In this document: piece after piece, positions 11,512 to 21,659 of the stretch
Numbering within the stretch: position 1 is the stretch's first letter
Layout: each line of letters begins with the position of its first letter
From: Vibrio vulnificus CMCP6
Lineage (GTDB): Bacteria; Pseudomonadota; Gammaproteobacteria; Enterobacterales; Vibrionaceae
Assembly: GCF_000039765.1 (NCBI RefSeq)
Contig: NC_004459.3
Span: 3,196,104 to 3,228,103, forward strand
Length of the DNA: 32,000 nt
Direction of reading: 5' to 3'
Notes under the pieces: generated by a model
What the model saw: the letters and a program-made list of their open reading frames with translations, nothing else
Database searches by the model: none
What the model was told of the DNA's origin: nothing
Position numbers and translations under genes: made by a program

Positions 11512-11545
11512 AGAGGCATCTGTGTAGCAGATGCCTCTTTTTCTT
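11512..11545 (+). terminator. sppA intrinsic terminator
   Basis: An 11-bp stem, AGAGGCATCTG with CAGATGCCTCT, has a 5-nt loop and is followed by TTTTTCTT. Confidence 0.85.
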
Positions 11546-11603
11546 AGCCAAGTTTTCGCTATAATCGCCGCTCTGTTCCCCTACACCTAAGTGATCACTC
11601 ACT

Positions 11604-12617
11604 ATGACAAGAAAACACATCTATATTGCCTACACTGGCGGTACTATCGGCATGAAGAAGTCTGATCATGGCTACATTCCTGTCGCTGGTTTCATGGAAA
11701 AGCAGTTAGCAAACATGCCGGAATTCCATCGCCCAGAAATGCCGCAATACACCATTCACGAATACGAACCATTGATGGACTCTTCAGATATGACCCCTGA
11801 AGATTGGCAACACATTGCCAACGACATTCGTGACAACTATGACAAATACGATGGTTTCGTTATCCTACACGGCACCGACACCATGGCGTATACCGCTTCG
11901 GCGCTCTCCTTCATGTTGGAAAACCTTGGTAAGCCAGTCATTGTCACAGGCTCTCAAATTCCCTTGGCGGAACTGCGCTCTGACGGTCAAGCAAATCTGC
12001 TTAACGCACTACATATTGCAGCCAATTACCCAATCAACGAAGTCACGTTGTTCTTCAATAATCAGTTGATGCGCGGCAACCGCAGTGTGAAATCGCACGC
12101 AGATGGTTTTAATGCGTTTACATCGCCAAACTTACCGCCTCTGCTTGAAGCAGGGATCAACATCCAGATCAGCAACAGCATCAAAGTCGGCGCGCAACCA
12201 GAAGGCGAATTCAAAGTTCATAACATCACCCCGCAACCTATCGGTGTGATCACCATGTACCCAGGCATCTCACACGAAGTGATTCGCAACACCTTACTGC
12301 AGCCAGTGAATGCGATGATTCTGTTGACCTTTGGTGTGGGCAACGCGCCACAAAATCCAGAGCTATTGGCCCATCTTAAAGAAGCGTCTGAACGCGGCGT
12401 GATTGTTGTCAACTTAACGCAATGTTTAGCGGGTAAAGTGAATATGGGTGGTTATGCAACTGGCTGCGCCCTCGCAGAAGCAGGCGTGATCAGCGGTTAC
12501 GATATGACGCCTGAAGCAGCCTTAGCAAAACTTCACTACCTATTGAGTCAAAATCTGTCTTATGAAGAAGTGAAAGCACAAATGCAGCAAGTGCTGCGTG
12601 GTGAGATGAGCTTATAA
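11604..12617 (+). CDS. ansA: Cytoplasmic L-asparaginase I
   Basis: 337 aa. It contains IYIAYTGGTIGM (catalytic Thr motif) and ILHGTDTMAYTASALS. It follows sppA as in E. coli. Confidence 0.9.
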   Translation: MTRKHIYIAYTGGTIGMKKSDHGYIPVAGFMEKQLANMPEFHRPEMPQYTIHEYEPLMDSSDMTPEDWQHIANDIRDNYDKYDGFVILHGTDTMAYTASALSFMLENLGKPVIVTGSQIPLAELRSDGQANLLNALHIAANYPINEVTLFFNNQLMRGNRSVKSHADGFNAFTSPNLPPLLEAGINIQISNSIKVGAQPEGEFKVHNITPQPIGVITMYPGISHEVIRNTLLQPVNAMILLTFGVGNAPQNPELLAHLKEASERGVIVVNLTQCLAGKVNMGGYATGCALAEAGVISGYDMTPEAALAKLHYLLSQNLSYEEVKAQMQQVLRGEMSL

Positions 12618-12627
12618 AGTAAAAACC

Positions 12628-12668
12628 AAGAACCTGGATCTATTCTAGGTTCTAGGTTCTAGGTTCTT
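12628..12668. terminator. Hairpin between convergent ansA and yeaC, built from the heptamer repeat
   Basis: AAGAACCT (12628-12635) can pair with AGGTTCTT (12661-12668). As AGAACCT it can also pair with either earlier AGGTTCT copy. The T-tract is weak. Confidence 0.45.
12643..12667. repeat. Heptamer tandem repeat (TTCTAGG), about 3.6 copies
   Basis: Direct reading gives TTCTAGG TTCTAGG TTCTAGG TTCT. It lies in the 57-bp ansA/yeaC spacer. Confidence 0.95.
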
Positions 12669-12674
12669 TAACGA

Positions 12675-12959
12675 CTAATCTCTATTTGGATTAACGCGGA
12701 CAATATCTTCCTGACCCGATTGAAACTGTTTTTTCAGCTCTGCTTTCGACTTAAAGCAGATTTCCCCACCCGCAGCCACTGACATATGCTCAGCATCAAT
12801 ATTGTGCTTAGATTGATACAACATCACAGCTTGCATACAGGAATCTCGCTGTGTTTGTGAAAGTGGTGTACCCTCTGGCCAACGTCCTGTTTCTACTGCA
12901 TACGTCAGACGTTGGTAAACTTCTGGTGTCATTGCGCTGAGTAGCTGCTCTGTGTTCAT
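12675..12959 (-). CDS. yeaC: YeaC-like small protein (DUF1315 family)
   Basis: 94-aa ORF. I recognise MTPEVYQRLTYAVETGRWPEG as the YeaC/DUF1315 N-terminus. It sits in the yeaC-msrB-gapA neighbourhood. Confidence 0.65.
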   Translation of the reverse strand: MNTEQLLSAMTPEVYQRLTYAVETGRWPEGTPLSQTQRDSCMQAVMLYQSKHNIDAEHMSVAAGGEICFKSKAELKKQFQSGQEDIVRVNPNRD

Positions 12960-13063
12960 AACATACCTTTACACTAACATTTTGTTCACAGAACATATCT
13001 GGATACTAAACTGAGTCAAGAAACAGTAAATAAATTGTTGTAATGGATCACAAGCAAATCACC

Positions 13064-13882
13064 ATGAGTAAAAAAACTTGGCTATTCGCCCTTAGCATAC
13101 CGCTGCTACTCAGTGGCTGCTTAGAAGGCAACAAAACCACGGAAGAACTGTGTCAATCACAACCAGGGCTACGCTGTGAAAAACTGAATATGGATGACGG
13201 GCAGTGCCGTGTTGCACGTACTGACCTCATTTGGCACCGCTTTGAGGTGCTGAAAAACCCATCCGACAGTAACAAGATTAAGGAATACAAGCTAACCGCA
13301 GAGTATCGCAAGTGCTTGGAGTTGGCTTCGCAAATTACACCCATCGATCAAAGTGCGTTAAAACAAAAACGTTTTAATGCGCTGGTGCATAGCATCTCTG
13401 AGCTTGAACGTATTGTGCAAGAACTTAGCTCTTCACGTGAACCTGAAAGCCTCTATTTCCTCTGGAGCCAGACCGGCAATACCAATGCACGTCGCCAGTT
13501 TTTACAGATGGAAGGTACACCTGCGCTAGAAACCGCTGAAATGCAATACGCCTTGGCAACGTTTTATACCACACGTGATCAAACGAAAACCATCCAACTG
13601 CTTAATCATTCTCTCGAGCTGACTAAAGACGGTAAAGTGAATACCGAAGCGTTAAAATCATTGGCAAGTACCCATCAAGGGTTACGTCAAATGAAGCAAG
13701 CTTACGTTTGGGCAATGGTCGCAAAAGAGTTTGATGTGCCCTTAGCCACAGAGCGAGAAATGCAACTGATGTTTGGCTTTAGTGCGCAGGAGTACAAACA
13801 GTTGGATGCTTTAGCTGAGCAAGTGGCATCCGCACTCGAAAAAGGGCAATACCGCTCTATGATGATCCCGAGTGACTTGTAG
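13064..13882 (+). CDS. Lipoprotein of unknown function (DUF2989-like by recollection)
   Basis: The signal peptide and lipobox are MSKKTWLFALSIPLLLSG|C. The body is helical and has several Cys near the N-terminus. An alternative ATG lies at 13043. Confidence 0.6.
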   Translation: MSKKTWLFALSIPLLLSGCLEGNKTTEELCQSQPGLRCEKLNMDDGQCRVARTDLIWHRFEVLKNPSDSNKIKEYKLTAEYRKCLELASQITPIDQSALKQKRFNALVHSISELERIVQELSSSREPESLYFLWSQTGNTNARRQFLQMEGTPALETAEMQYALATFYTTRDQTKTIQLLNHSLELTKDGKVNTEALKSLASTHQGLRQMKQAYVWAMVAKEFDVPLATEREMQLMFGFSAQEYKQLDALAEQVASALEKGQYRSMMIPSDL

Positions 13883-13961
13883 CCTGATACCTTCGTAGCC
13901 ACACGCTGATGACAATGCAGCTTTAGTTCAGCGCTTCTTTCAAAGAACGACGCACTCAAAC

Positions 13962-13987
13962 AAAAACCTTCCACATGGAAGGTTTTT
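13962..13987. terminator. Bidirectional terminator between the lipoprotein gene (+) and msrB (-)
   Basis: The sequence is AAAAA-CCTTCC-ACAT-GGAAGG-TTTTT. A-run and T-run flanks allow termination in both directions. Confidence 0.8.
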
Positions 13988-14077
13988 GTCTCTTGGTTAC
14001 TCACGCCATTTTGACTCTTTCAGTATGATAGCAAGACACGATATGACTGAAAGCGGGGAACAGCGTTCGGTGAAAAA

Positions 14078-14494
14078 TCACTCATTAGTTTCAATTTTGT
14101 TGAAAATTAACGACACTGAATTGACACAAAAACGTTCTCCGGTTGTTTTAGGTCCATCAGGAAAAACGTGCCCTAAGTGGCTATCGCATCGTGCACAGCG
14201 GATCTCTACTCGCTTCATTCCGTGACTAAAATCATCTAAATACAGGACAGCCGTCTCATTAATCGGCGCATCAAAACTTGGCCAACCACAGCCTGAGTCG
14301 TATTTGTTAACAGAAGAAAACAGCGGCGCATGACAGCAAGTGCATGCATATTCTCCGCTGTCTTTATTGTGCAGTAGCTTGCCACTAAAAGGAGGTTCGG
14401 TTCCTTGCTCACGACACACATGATATTCCTGTTCAGACAACTGCTCACGCCATTGCTGGTCTGACTTGAGCACAACTTTACTTTCTTTTGTCAC
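14078..14494 (-). CDS. msrB: Peptide-methionine (R)-S-oxide reductase
   Basis: It carries the zinc CxxC pairs (CTCCHAPLF and [13 protein letters not shown]) and the catalytic motif CGWPSF. The track ORF (to 14542) starts at a TTG with no RBS. The GTG at 14494 follows AAGGGA and gives a canonical protein of about 138 aa. Confidence 0.88.
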   Translation of the reverse strand: MTKESKVVLKSDQQWREQLSEQEYHVCREQGTEPPFSGKLLHNKDSGEYACTCCHAPLFSSVNKYDSGCGWPSFDAPINETAVLYLDDFSHGMKRVEIRCARCDSHLGHVFPDGPKTTGERFCVNSVSLIFNKIETNE

Positions 14495-14704
14495 GTCACT
14501 AATTTCCCTTTTTCTTATTAATGTTGACGACTTTTTGTGCAAAAAACTTGCGGAGCATCATGGTTGTAGCACATACTTTCTCACCATCATGTCCTATGTT
14601 TTAAAATTGCTTAGAGCACCTGCTCTTGAGTTATTTTACGCCAATTGGTGAGTAGAATAACCGGTTCAAAGTTTAAAAAACGAGCATTTGCAAAGAATTG
14701 TTAA

Positions 14705-15826
<1,122 letters not shown>

Positions 15827-15871
15827 TTTCTACTTAGTAAAATAAGCACTTAGCGAAGAATTTCGTTAGAC

Positions 15872-15898
15872 AAAAAGGCGACCTTAGGTCGCCTTTTT
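15872..15898 (+). terminator. gapA intrinsic terminator
   Basis: The sequence is AAAAA-GGCGACC-TTA-GGTCGCC-TTTTT. Confidence 0.9.
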
Positions 15899-16008
15899 AG
15901 TATCACGGATTTGAGGTTAGCAATGGAGCTTTAGACTCTCTGCAGTGTCTGACTTCACGGTCCGTTTCTAAAACGAATCTTTTGAAACTGATTGTTAAGG
16001 AAATTCAG

Positions 16009-16893
16009 ATGGATCTTAATTCACTTCCGGCGCTGACTGTCCTGTCTGATTGCGTCACCATTGTTGAAAAAGACAATGTCAAAATTGTTCGTGTGATTCA
16101 CGAGAAAGCAACCGCAGGTATCTCTTTGTTTGGCGGCCATGTTGTCTCCTATCAGCCGACGGGTACAGCTGACGTCATTTGGATGAGTGACAAGGCAGTA
16201 TTTGATGGAAAAACTGCGCTGCGCGGCGGCATTCCGGTTTGTTGGCCTTGGTTTGGCCGCATTGCAGCACCTGCACACGGCTTTGCTCGCACTTCAGAGT
16301 GGGAACTGGTTGAACACCGCGAAAACGACAACGGTGTGATCGTGGAACTCGCCTTGTTCCCGACAGAAGAATCGCACAATCTCTGGCCTCATATGTTTGA
16401 TGTTCGCCTAATCGTCGAGATCGGCGATGAACTGAAAGTGTCACTCAACATTCTTAATATTGATGACGACGCATTCACTTTCTCGGGCGCTCTGCATACC
16501 TATTTGAACGTCGGTGATATTGAACAAACTCAAACTATGGGCATGGGCTCTGAGTACATTGACAGTTTGAAAGCGGGCGAACTATGCAATGGCGGTGAAG
16601 TTTTACAATTGACCGACACGATCGATCGCGTCTACACGCAACCTGAGAAAGAGATTGTGGTTAAAGACCCAGTCATTGAACGTACTCTGTGCATTGAAAA
16701 CCAAGGTCACAACAGCGCCGTGCTCTGGAACCCTTGGGCTCAAGGTGCCGCTGGCATGGCGGACATGAGCGATGACGGTTACAAAACCATGCTGTGTGTA
16801 GAATCCACTCTGCATGCAGACAGTATTACTCAGGGCAAAACGCTCAACCCTGGCGAAAGTCACCAGTTAATCACTGTGCTTTCTGCGCGCTAA
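16009..16893 (+). CDS. yeaD: D-hexose-6-phosphate mutarotase (aldose 1-epimerase family, YeaD-like)
   Basis: About 294 aa. It contains GGIPVCWPWFG and HGFAR, typical of the YeaD family. It lies directly downstream of gapA as in E. coli. Confidence 0.85.
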   Translation: MDLNSLPALTVLSDCVTIVEKDNVKIVRVIHEKATAGISLFGGHVVSYQPTGTADVIWMSDKAVFDGKTALRGGIPVCWPWFGRIAAPAHGFARTSEWELVEHRENDNGVIVELALFPTEESHNLWPHMFDVRLIVEIGDELKVSLNILNIDDDAFTFSGALHTYLNVGDIEQTQTMGMGSEYIDSLKAGELCNGGEVLQLTDTIDRVYTQPEKEIVVKDPVIERTLCIENQGHNSAVLWNPWAQGAAGMADMSDDGYKTMLCVESTLHADSITQGKTLNPGESHQLITVLSAR

Positions 16894-16910
16894 AACTGAT
16901 CACCGCACAA

Positions 16911-16943
16911 AACGCAGTGGCAAACGTTCACTGCGTTGTTTAT
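16911..16943 (+). terminator. yeaD terminator candidate
   Basis: A 9-bp stem, AACGCAGTG with CACTGCGTT, has a 9-nt loop. The tail is GTTTAT, which is a weak U-tract. Confidence 0.5.
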
Positions 16944-17102
16944 CCCATCAATATTCGTGGTCATTCCATCACCACAAATGAGCAATTACTTAATAAATAT
17001 CAATTAATTCTATCAATCTTCGGCTATTATCCCTTCCATTATTACAATCTATTCTTTCAAACATACATCGTGTAGAGGCTGCTGATTTCAGCAGGAATAA
17101 CA

Positions 17103-19139
17103 GTGCTAGAAAAATATAAAAATCAAAGCGTCGGTTTTCAGTTAAAACTGGTGATTACGCTATGCCTTATCATCGCCTTTGGCGGAACCGCCACTCTTGT
17201 CTATCGTAATGCATCTGACGTGCTACTCGAAAACACGCTTCGGGAACACCAATCAAAAGTGGAATCCATGGCAGCAACCATTGCTGGCCAATTTGATGCC
17301 TATTTACAAACCGCGAAGGTACTTGAATCCACTTTCCGCAATGGTTACTTAGCCGGTATCTATGTGGAAGATTACCAAGTGGATTTTAATGGCAAATCGC
17401 TGCGTAATATCACGCAATACGGTGACAGCCTGATTAATGACACCAAACTTGTCGACAGTTTCACGCGAGATACTGGCGCAGTAGCGACTATTTTTGCTCC
17501 GCTTGGCGATGATTTTATTCGTGTTTCAACCTCGCTAAAAAATCCTTCAGGGCAACGAGTTGTTGGTAGCACTTTAGGCTACAACCACCCAGCCTATCAG
17601 AAGCTCCGCGCAGGGCAGCCCTATTACGCGCAAGTGAAGTTGTTTGGTGAAAGCTACATTACCTATTACTCGCCCATTCTTGACGCACAGAACAAAGTCA
17701 CTGGTGTTTCTTTTATCGGCTTACCCGTGCAAAAAGCAACAGAAGATCTCTTCAGTGCGTTGAATCAGGTGAAATGGGGTGACACAGGGTACACCATCGT
17801 CGTAGATAACGAGCAAAGCAACCTTGGTAAGTACTTGCTGCATCCAACCCGAACCCAAAATGATCCTTCTATTATCGATACCGCAGATTACGACGGCAAC
17901 AAACCCTATGTCGCGATTTTTGAAAACAAAAGTGGTTTGATTCGCTACCGCCATGAATATCAAGGTACTGTTGGGGAAAAATACCTCGTCTATACGGAAA
18001 TTCCTGGCTGGAACTGGAAGCTTCTTGGCGGCACCTTCATTTCAGAAGTGACGAAAGGAAGTCAAACGCTGCTTAAGCTGATTATCGCCATTGCCACCGC
18101 CGTGGCCGTTGCTACATTTGCAATCTTGACGTTTGCCATCAATCGTAATCTTCACCCTTTAACGGCCTTAAATGCTCTGATGGCAAGACTTGCCAAAGGT
18201 GAAGTGAGCATTCAAATTGCGAGCACGGGTCAGCCTTCAAAAAATGAGATCACCAACCTCACCAACGGCGTTGCCAACATGGCAAATCAGCTCAACATGC
18301 TGGTCGGTGAAATTCGTCAAACGGCTGAAACCGTGTATATCGCGTCACACAGTGTTTCTGAAGATGCAGGGAATAACCTGACTCAGGCAGATCGCCAACA
18401 GGAACAGGTGGAGCAAGTGGTGACGGCCATTGAAGAGATGGCCACCTCAGCTCAGTCGGTCGCTCAACAAGTGGAGAACATTGCGGATAACGTTCGCAGT
18501 GCAAATGAGGATAGTCAATCTGGATTGAGCCTAGTGGAAGGTGTCTGCATTGATGTGGCAGAACTGAATGATCAACTTGATCGCTCTGCCCATGCCATCA
18601 AACAAGTCAACACCGACAGCGAAAGCATTCAAACCGTGACGAAAATGATCGATGAAATTGCAGAGCAAACCAATTTACTGGCACTCAATGCCGCCATCGA
18701 AGCAGCGCGAGCCGGCGAACAAGGCCGTGGCTTCGCAGTGGTTGCTGATGAAGTAAGAACGCTTGCTCACCGTACTCAAACTTCGGTCAAGGATGTGGTT
18801 CAGATTATCGAGAAACTTAAAGCTTCCACAGGTAATGCGGTGGGGCTAATGAGCCAAAGCCAGCAAAGTGCCAATCAAGTGCTTGATAAGGCGCAAGAAG
18901 CAGGTAGCGCCCTAGAAGCCATTGCGAGCCAAGTTCACGCCATTGCGGCACAAGCCGAAACCATTGCCGCCACCTCAGAGCAACAAGCTCAAGTGTCGCA
19001 AGAAATCGCAGCCAATGCTCACTCGATCAGTGATCTTAACCGACAGAGCCGAGCCACCAGCGCGCAAACGTCTGAAAGTGCTGAAGAGCTGCAAAAACAG
19101 GCGAATTCACTTAAATCGCAAGTCGACTTTTTTCACTAA
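17103..19139 (+). CDS. Methyl-accepting chemotaxis protein with a periplasmic Cache-type (Cache3/Cache2-like) sensor
   Basis: The start is GTG. There are two TM segments around a sensor of about 290 aa ([43 protein letters not shown]). These are followed by a HAMP domain and the conserved signalling hairpin [38 protein letters not shown]. Confidence 0.92.
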   Translation: MLEKYKNQSVGFQLKLVITLCLIIAFGGTATLVYRNASDVLLENTLREHQSKVESMAATIAGQFDAYLQTAKVLESTFRNGYLAGIYVEDYQVDFNGKSLRNITQYGDSLINDTKLVDSFTRDTGAVATIFAPLGDDFIRVSTSLKNPSGQRVVGSTLGYNHPAYQKLRAGQPYYAQVKLFGESYITYYSPILDAQNKVTGVSFIGLPVQKATEDLFSALNQVKWGDTGYTIVVDNEQSNLGKYLLHPTRTQNDPSIIDTADYDGNKPYVAIFENKSGLIRYRHEYQGTVGEKYLVYTEIPGWNWKLLGGTFISEVTKGSQTLLKLIIAIATAVAVATFAILTFAINRNLHPLTALNALMARLAKGEVSIQIASTGQPSKNEITNLTNGVANMANQLNMLVGEIRQTAETVYIASHSVSEDAGNNLTQADRQQEQVEQVVTAIEEMATSAQSVAQQVENIADNVRSANEDSQSGLSLVEGVCIDVAELNDQLDRSAHAIKQVNTDSESIQTVTKMIDEIAEQTNLLALNAAIEAARAGEQGRGFAVVADEVRTLAHRTQTSVKDVVQIIEKLKASTGNAVGLMSQSQQSANQVLDKAQEAGSALEAIASQVHAIAAQAETIAATSEQQAQVSQEIAANAHSISDLNRQSRATSAQTSESAEELQKQANSLKSQVDFFH

Positions 19140-19150
19140 TTCGAAGAGCG

Positions 19151-19190
19151 AGCAAAAACAAAGGGCGAGTTTTCGCCCTTTGTTGTCTTT
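19151..19190. terminator. Bidirectional terminator between the convergent chemoreceptor and LruC-domain genes
   Basis: An 11-bp stem, ACAAAGGGCGA (19158-19168) with TCGCCCTTTGT (19173-19183), has a 4-nt loop. It has A-rich 5' and T-rich 3' flanks. Confidence 0.85.
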
Positions 19191-19201
19191 GACTTTGAGT
19201 G

Positions 19202-20890
19202 TTAATTACACTTCCAGCACTTCCCTTTTACCCAAGTGTTAAACCACGTTGTAGAACTCACGCCTCCCGACTCAGCCCAATCCACCACCTGCGGATAAGC
19301 CAAGGTGCTATCGATGTTTTCATAAGGGTGTTTCCAGGCGGTTGGAATCGAAAGTGCCCAAGGCAATCCGTCTGCAGTAAGATAGTATTCTCCCGCTTGA
19401 GTATTCGTCGCATCCACACCCTGCCCAAATGAGGCTTGATTGGCCAAGTCACTGCTTGGGTAATTCATCAAGTGCACTTCCCTTCCTCTTTGTGCTGCTC
19501 GGAAGATAAAGGGATTCAGCGTATGGCTGGCAAGAGGTGGCATTGAGCTATTGAGTATTAGAGAGACACTGTAATCGACGACAGGTCTGTCATCACCCAT
19601 CTCTGTATTGTAAAACTCACTGTTGGCATCGCCAGGTAACAAAGTACTGATGCTTTCCAAAACCACAAACACCAACTCACCACTGTGTCCATTTTCAGCC
19701 ACCATGCTGGCACTGACGCCATCGACGACACGAGTCAAACTGCTTACATCTGCAGATTCTATGCCCGCGATCGACAAGGCAAAGCGATTATCCACAGACG
19801 CCCCTCTTGCTACCGCCTGACCAATAAAATCTAGACGCGTAATCTGATTGTTCGCGTTGGTGTACACCTCATACGCGTAATGTGAGACAAAATCGTTGAG
19901 ATCATAATCACCGGCAAATGGCCACATGTCTTCATAAGTAAGAGTATACCAACCCGACGTAGGGGTACGCGCGTAAAAGGCAATGGTTGGGTCGTTAGGC
20001 GCATAATCGTTGGCATCCGCCACACCATCACCATCTGAGTCACCAATCGCAGGCCATTCTATTTCGGTGATATCACTGATTAAACCATTGGTATCTTCGG
20101 CCTGTACTTGTACTTTCCAGCGCTCACCATTGTTAGTTTGTGCAGCGGGTACAGACGGACCGGTGTGATTGTTTTTACCCGCAAATTCATCATCAACAAA
20201 GAATCCCTGCCCAACATCAACAAACCAACGATAGTTATAACTGACTGAATCACCGTCTGGATCAGCGGGGTTAGGGCCAACAATTGACACCACGAGATCA
20301 TCATTGGTTGAAAGCCCTTGGCTACGACTCAATTCGGGCACATACGGTGGTGTATTGCTCGTCACCAAATAGGTCACCGTCATTAAGCTGTAGTCCAAGG
20401 TTGTTAGCCAGCCACCATTGTTCATATCGATATCCAAATAAACATTGATCAAACCATCAGCCAAAGAGGAAATCGGTAATGCAAACTCTGTGATTGACCA
20501 AGTGTTGTTGGTTCCTTGTAAAAATCCAGGATTCAGTTGAACACCATCGACAGAAACGCCGTCGTATTCACCGTTTTCTCCGTGAAACGCTTCCGAGTCC
20601 ACATCATAGGCATAAATAGTGAGTTTCGCTTCGAGCACTTGCGCCCCATCGGGCAATGTGATGCTGTGCTGCCAGCCATAATCTTGATTCGCATTACTGT
20701 AGATGCCAAAGCCGTATGCCCCCGGAGAGCTGTAGTGAGGTGCACTACTGTTTTCATCGACGGTTTGCGTAACAGTGACGGAGCCATCCCCATTGACAAC
20801 TTGACTGTCATTAGTGGCGGCAGACCAAGCCAAATGGCCGATCAAACTAAGAGGGGCACCGCAGATCCAAAATATCGTTGTTTTCTTCAT
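19202..20890 (-). CDS. Secreted multidomain protein with a C-terminal LruC/DUF4842-like domain
   Basis: A Sec signal peptide follows the ATG at 20890, and AGGAG lies upstream. The protein contains DPDGDSVSYNYRW (Ig-like module), DSDGDGVADANDYAPND (thrombospondin type-3-like Ca site), then YEDMWPFAGDYDLNDFV. I recognise that last motif as the LruC-domain hallmark. The protein ends in CWKCN. Confidence 0.75.
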   Translation of the reverse strand: MKKTTIFWICGAPLSLIGHLAWSAATNDSQVVNGDGSVTVTQTVDENSSAPHYSSPGAYGFGIYSNANQDYGWQHSITLPDGAQVLEAKLTIYAYDVDSEAFHGENGEYDGVSVDGVQLNPGFLQGTNNTWSITEFALPISSLADGLINVYLDIDMNNGGWLTTLDYSLMTVTYLVTSNTPPYVPELSRSQGLSTNDDLVVSIVGPNPADPDGDSVSYNYRWFVDVGQGFFVDDEFAGKNNHTGPSVPAAQTNNGERWKVQVQAEDTNGLISDITEIEWPAIGDSDGDGVADANDYAPNDPTIAFYARTPTSGWYTLTYEDMWPFAGDYDLNDFVSHYAYEVYTNANNQITRLDFIGQAVARGASVDNRFALSIAGIESADVSSLTRVVDGVSASMVAENGHSGELVFVVLESISTLLPGDANSEFYNTEMGDDRPVVDYSVSLILNSSMPPLASHTLNPFIFRAAQRGREVHLMNYPSSDLANQASFGQGVDATNTQAGEYYLTADGLPWALSIPTAWKHPYENIDSTLAYPQVVDWAESGGVSSTTWFNTWVKGKCWKCN

Positions 20891-20900
20891 GATGATTCTC

Positions 20901-21377
20901 CTAGTCCGACTCAAGCGCAATGTCACAACCCAAGGCGATCACATTGTCCATTGCGGAAATTTCCGTGCTTGATACGCACTCAATTTCTCTCACTGTCGAT
21001 ACCGCTTGGATTGCCTGCCAGTGCCCAGAGAGTTCAATTGCATAGCTCAGCTCCCCAGAGTTTTCCGTCAGCCCCGTAAACAACGGAGTCGCATCGACTA
21101 CGTCGTCTATCACACTGAACAGGCTTACCACATGCTGCCCTCGAATCGGCATGGCTTCTCCCTGCTGAACACTGTAGTTACTCACAACTTTAATGGTCAC
21201 TTGACGATTTTCGCTACTGCGCCACTCAAACCCTGTCGGCGCCGTAATGTCGGTAAACTGAGTCTGCACGGCTGGCGAAGAAGGTGCGCTAGAGCCACCA
21301 CCGTCTCCACCTCCACAACCGGTTAACAGGGAAAAGGAGGAACAAATCAATGCTAAAGTTTTTTCTAGGTTACTCAT
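20901..21377 (-). CDS. Small lipoprotein of unknown function, first gene of the LruC operon
   Basis: 158 aa. The lipobox is SLLTG|C, followed by GGGDGGGSSAPSSP. The body is beta-rich and has 2 Cys near the C-terminus. Its stop codon TAG lies inside the RBS of the next gene. Confidence 0.7.
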   Translation of the reverse strand: MSNLEKTLALICSSFSLLTGCGGGDGGGSSAPSSPAVQTQFTDITAPTGFEWRSSENRQVTIKVVSNYSVQQGEAMPIRGQHVVSLFSVIDDVVDATPLFTGLTENSGELSYAIELSGHWQAIQAVSTVREIECVSSTEISAMDNVIALGCDIALESD

Positions 21378-21659
21378 TCTTCATCTCTCTCATCGCGCAT
21401 TTTTACGACTAAAGCGAAACGCATGCCACAACCTATCCAAATGAAAATTATGTGTTTTTTATAACAAAGAAGGAAAACGCGTGTTTTTTCCAGCATTGAT
21501 TCTCAAATTGGGAATACATTGAACGAGCCCTTGGGAAACGATACTCGCCGCCCAATTTTGATACGCCAATAACATCCCGCCCCTTTCGCGTTTGCAAACC
21601 TTTTTGTGCCCTGATATATGAACATGTGTGATTAACCTGATCCCACTTTGGAGGGAGAT

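Noticed and set aside
13986-14225. A 79-aa plus-strand ORF downstream of the lipoprotein gene
   Set aside because: It starts at a TTG inside the T-tract of the bidirectional terminator and runs antisense into msrB, so it is an artefact.
20537-21079. A 180-aa plus-strand ORF spanning the junction of the LruC-domain and lipoprotein genes
   Set aside because: It runs antisense across two well-supported genes and their coupled stop/RBS junction. It has no start context and a Pro/Arg/Ser-rich composition, so it is not credible as a third operon member.
21378-21659. A c-di-GMP (GEMM-type) or other riboswitch in the leader of the LruC operon or the amidohydrolase gene
   Set aside because: Fragments such as GCAAAC and CGAAAGGGG caught my eye on the minus strand. 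However, the conserved GEMM-I elements (ACGCACAGGGCAAACC ... GGGACGCAAAGCC) and their paired helices are absent. The leader of the large lipoprotein gene (31863-32000) gave the same negative result.
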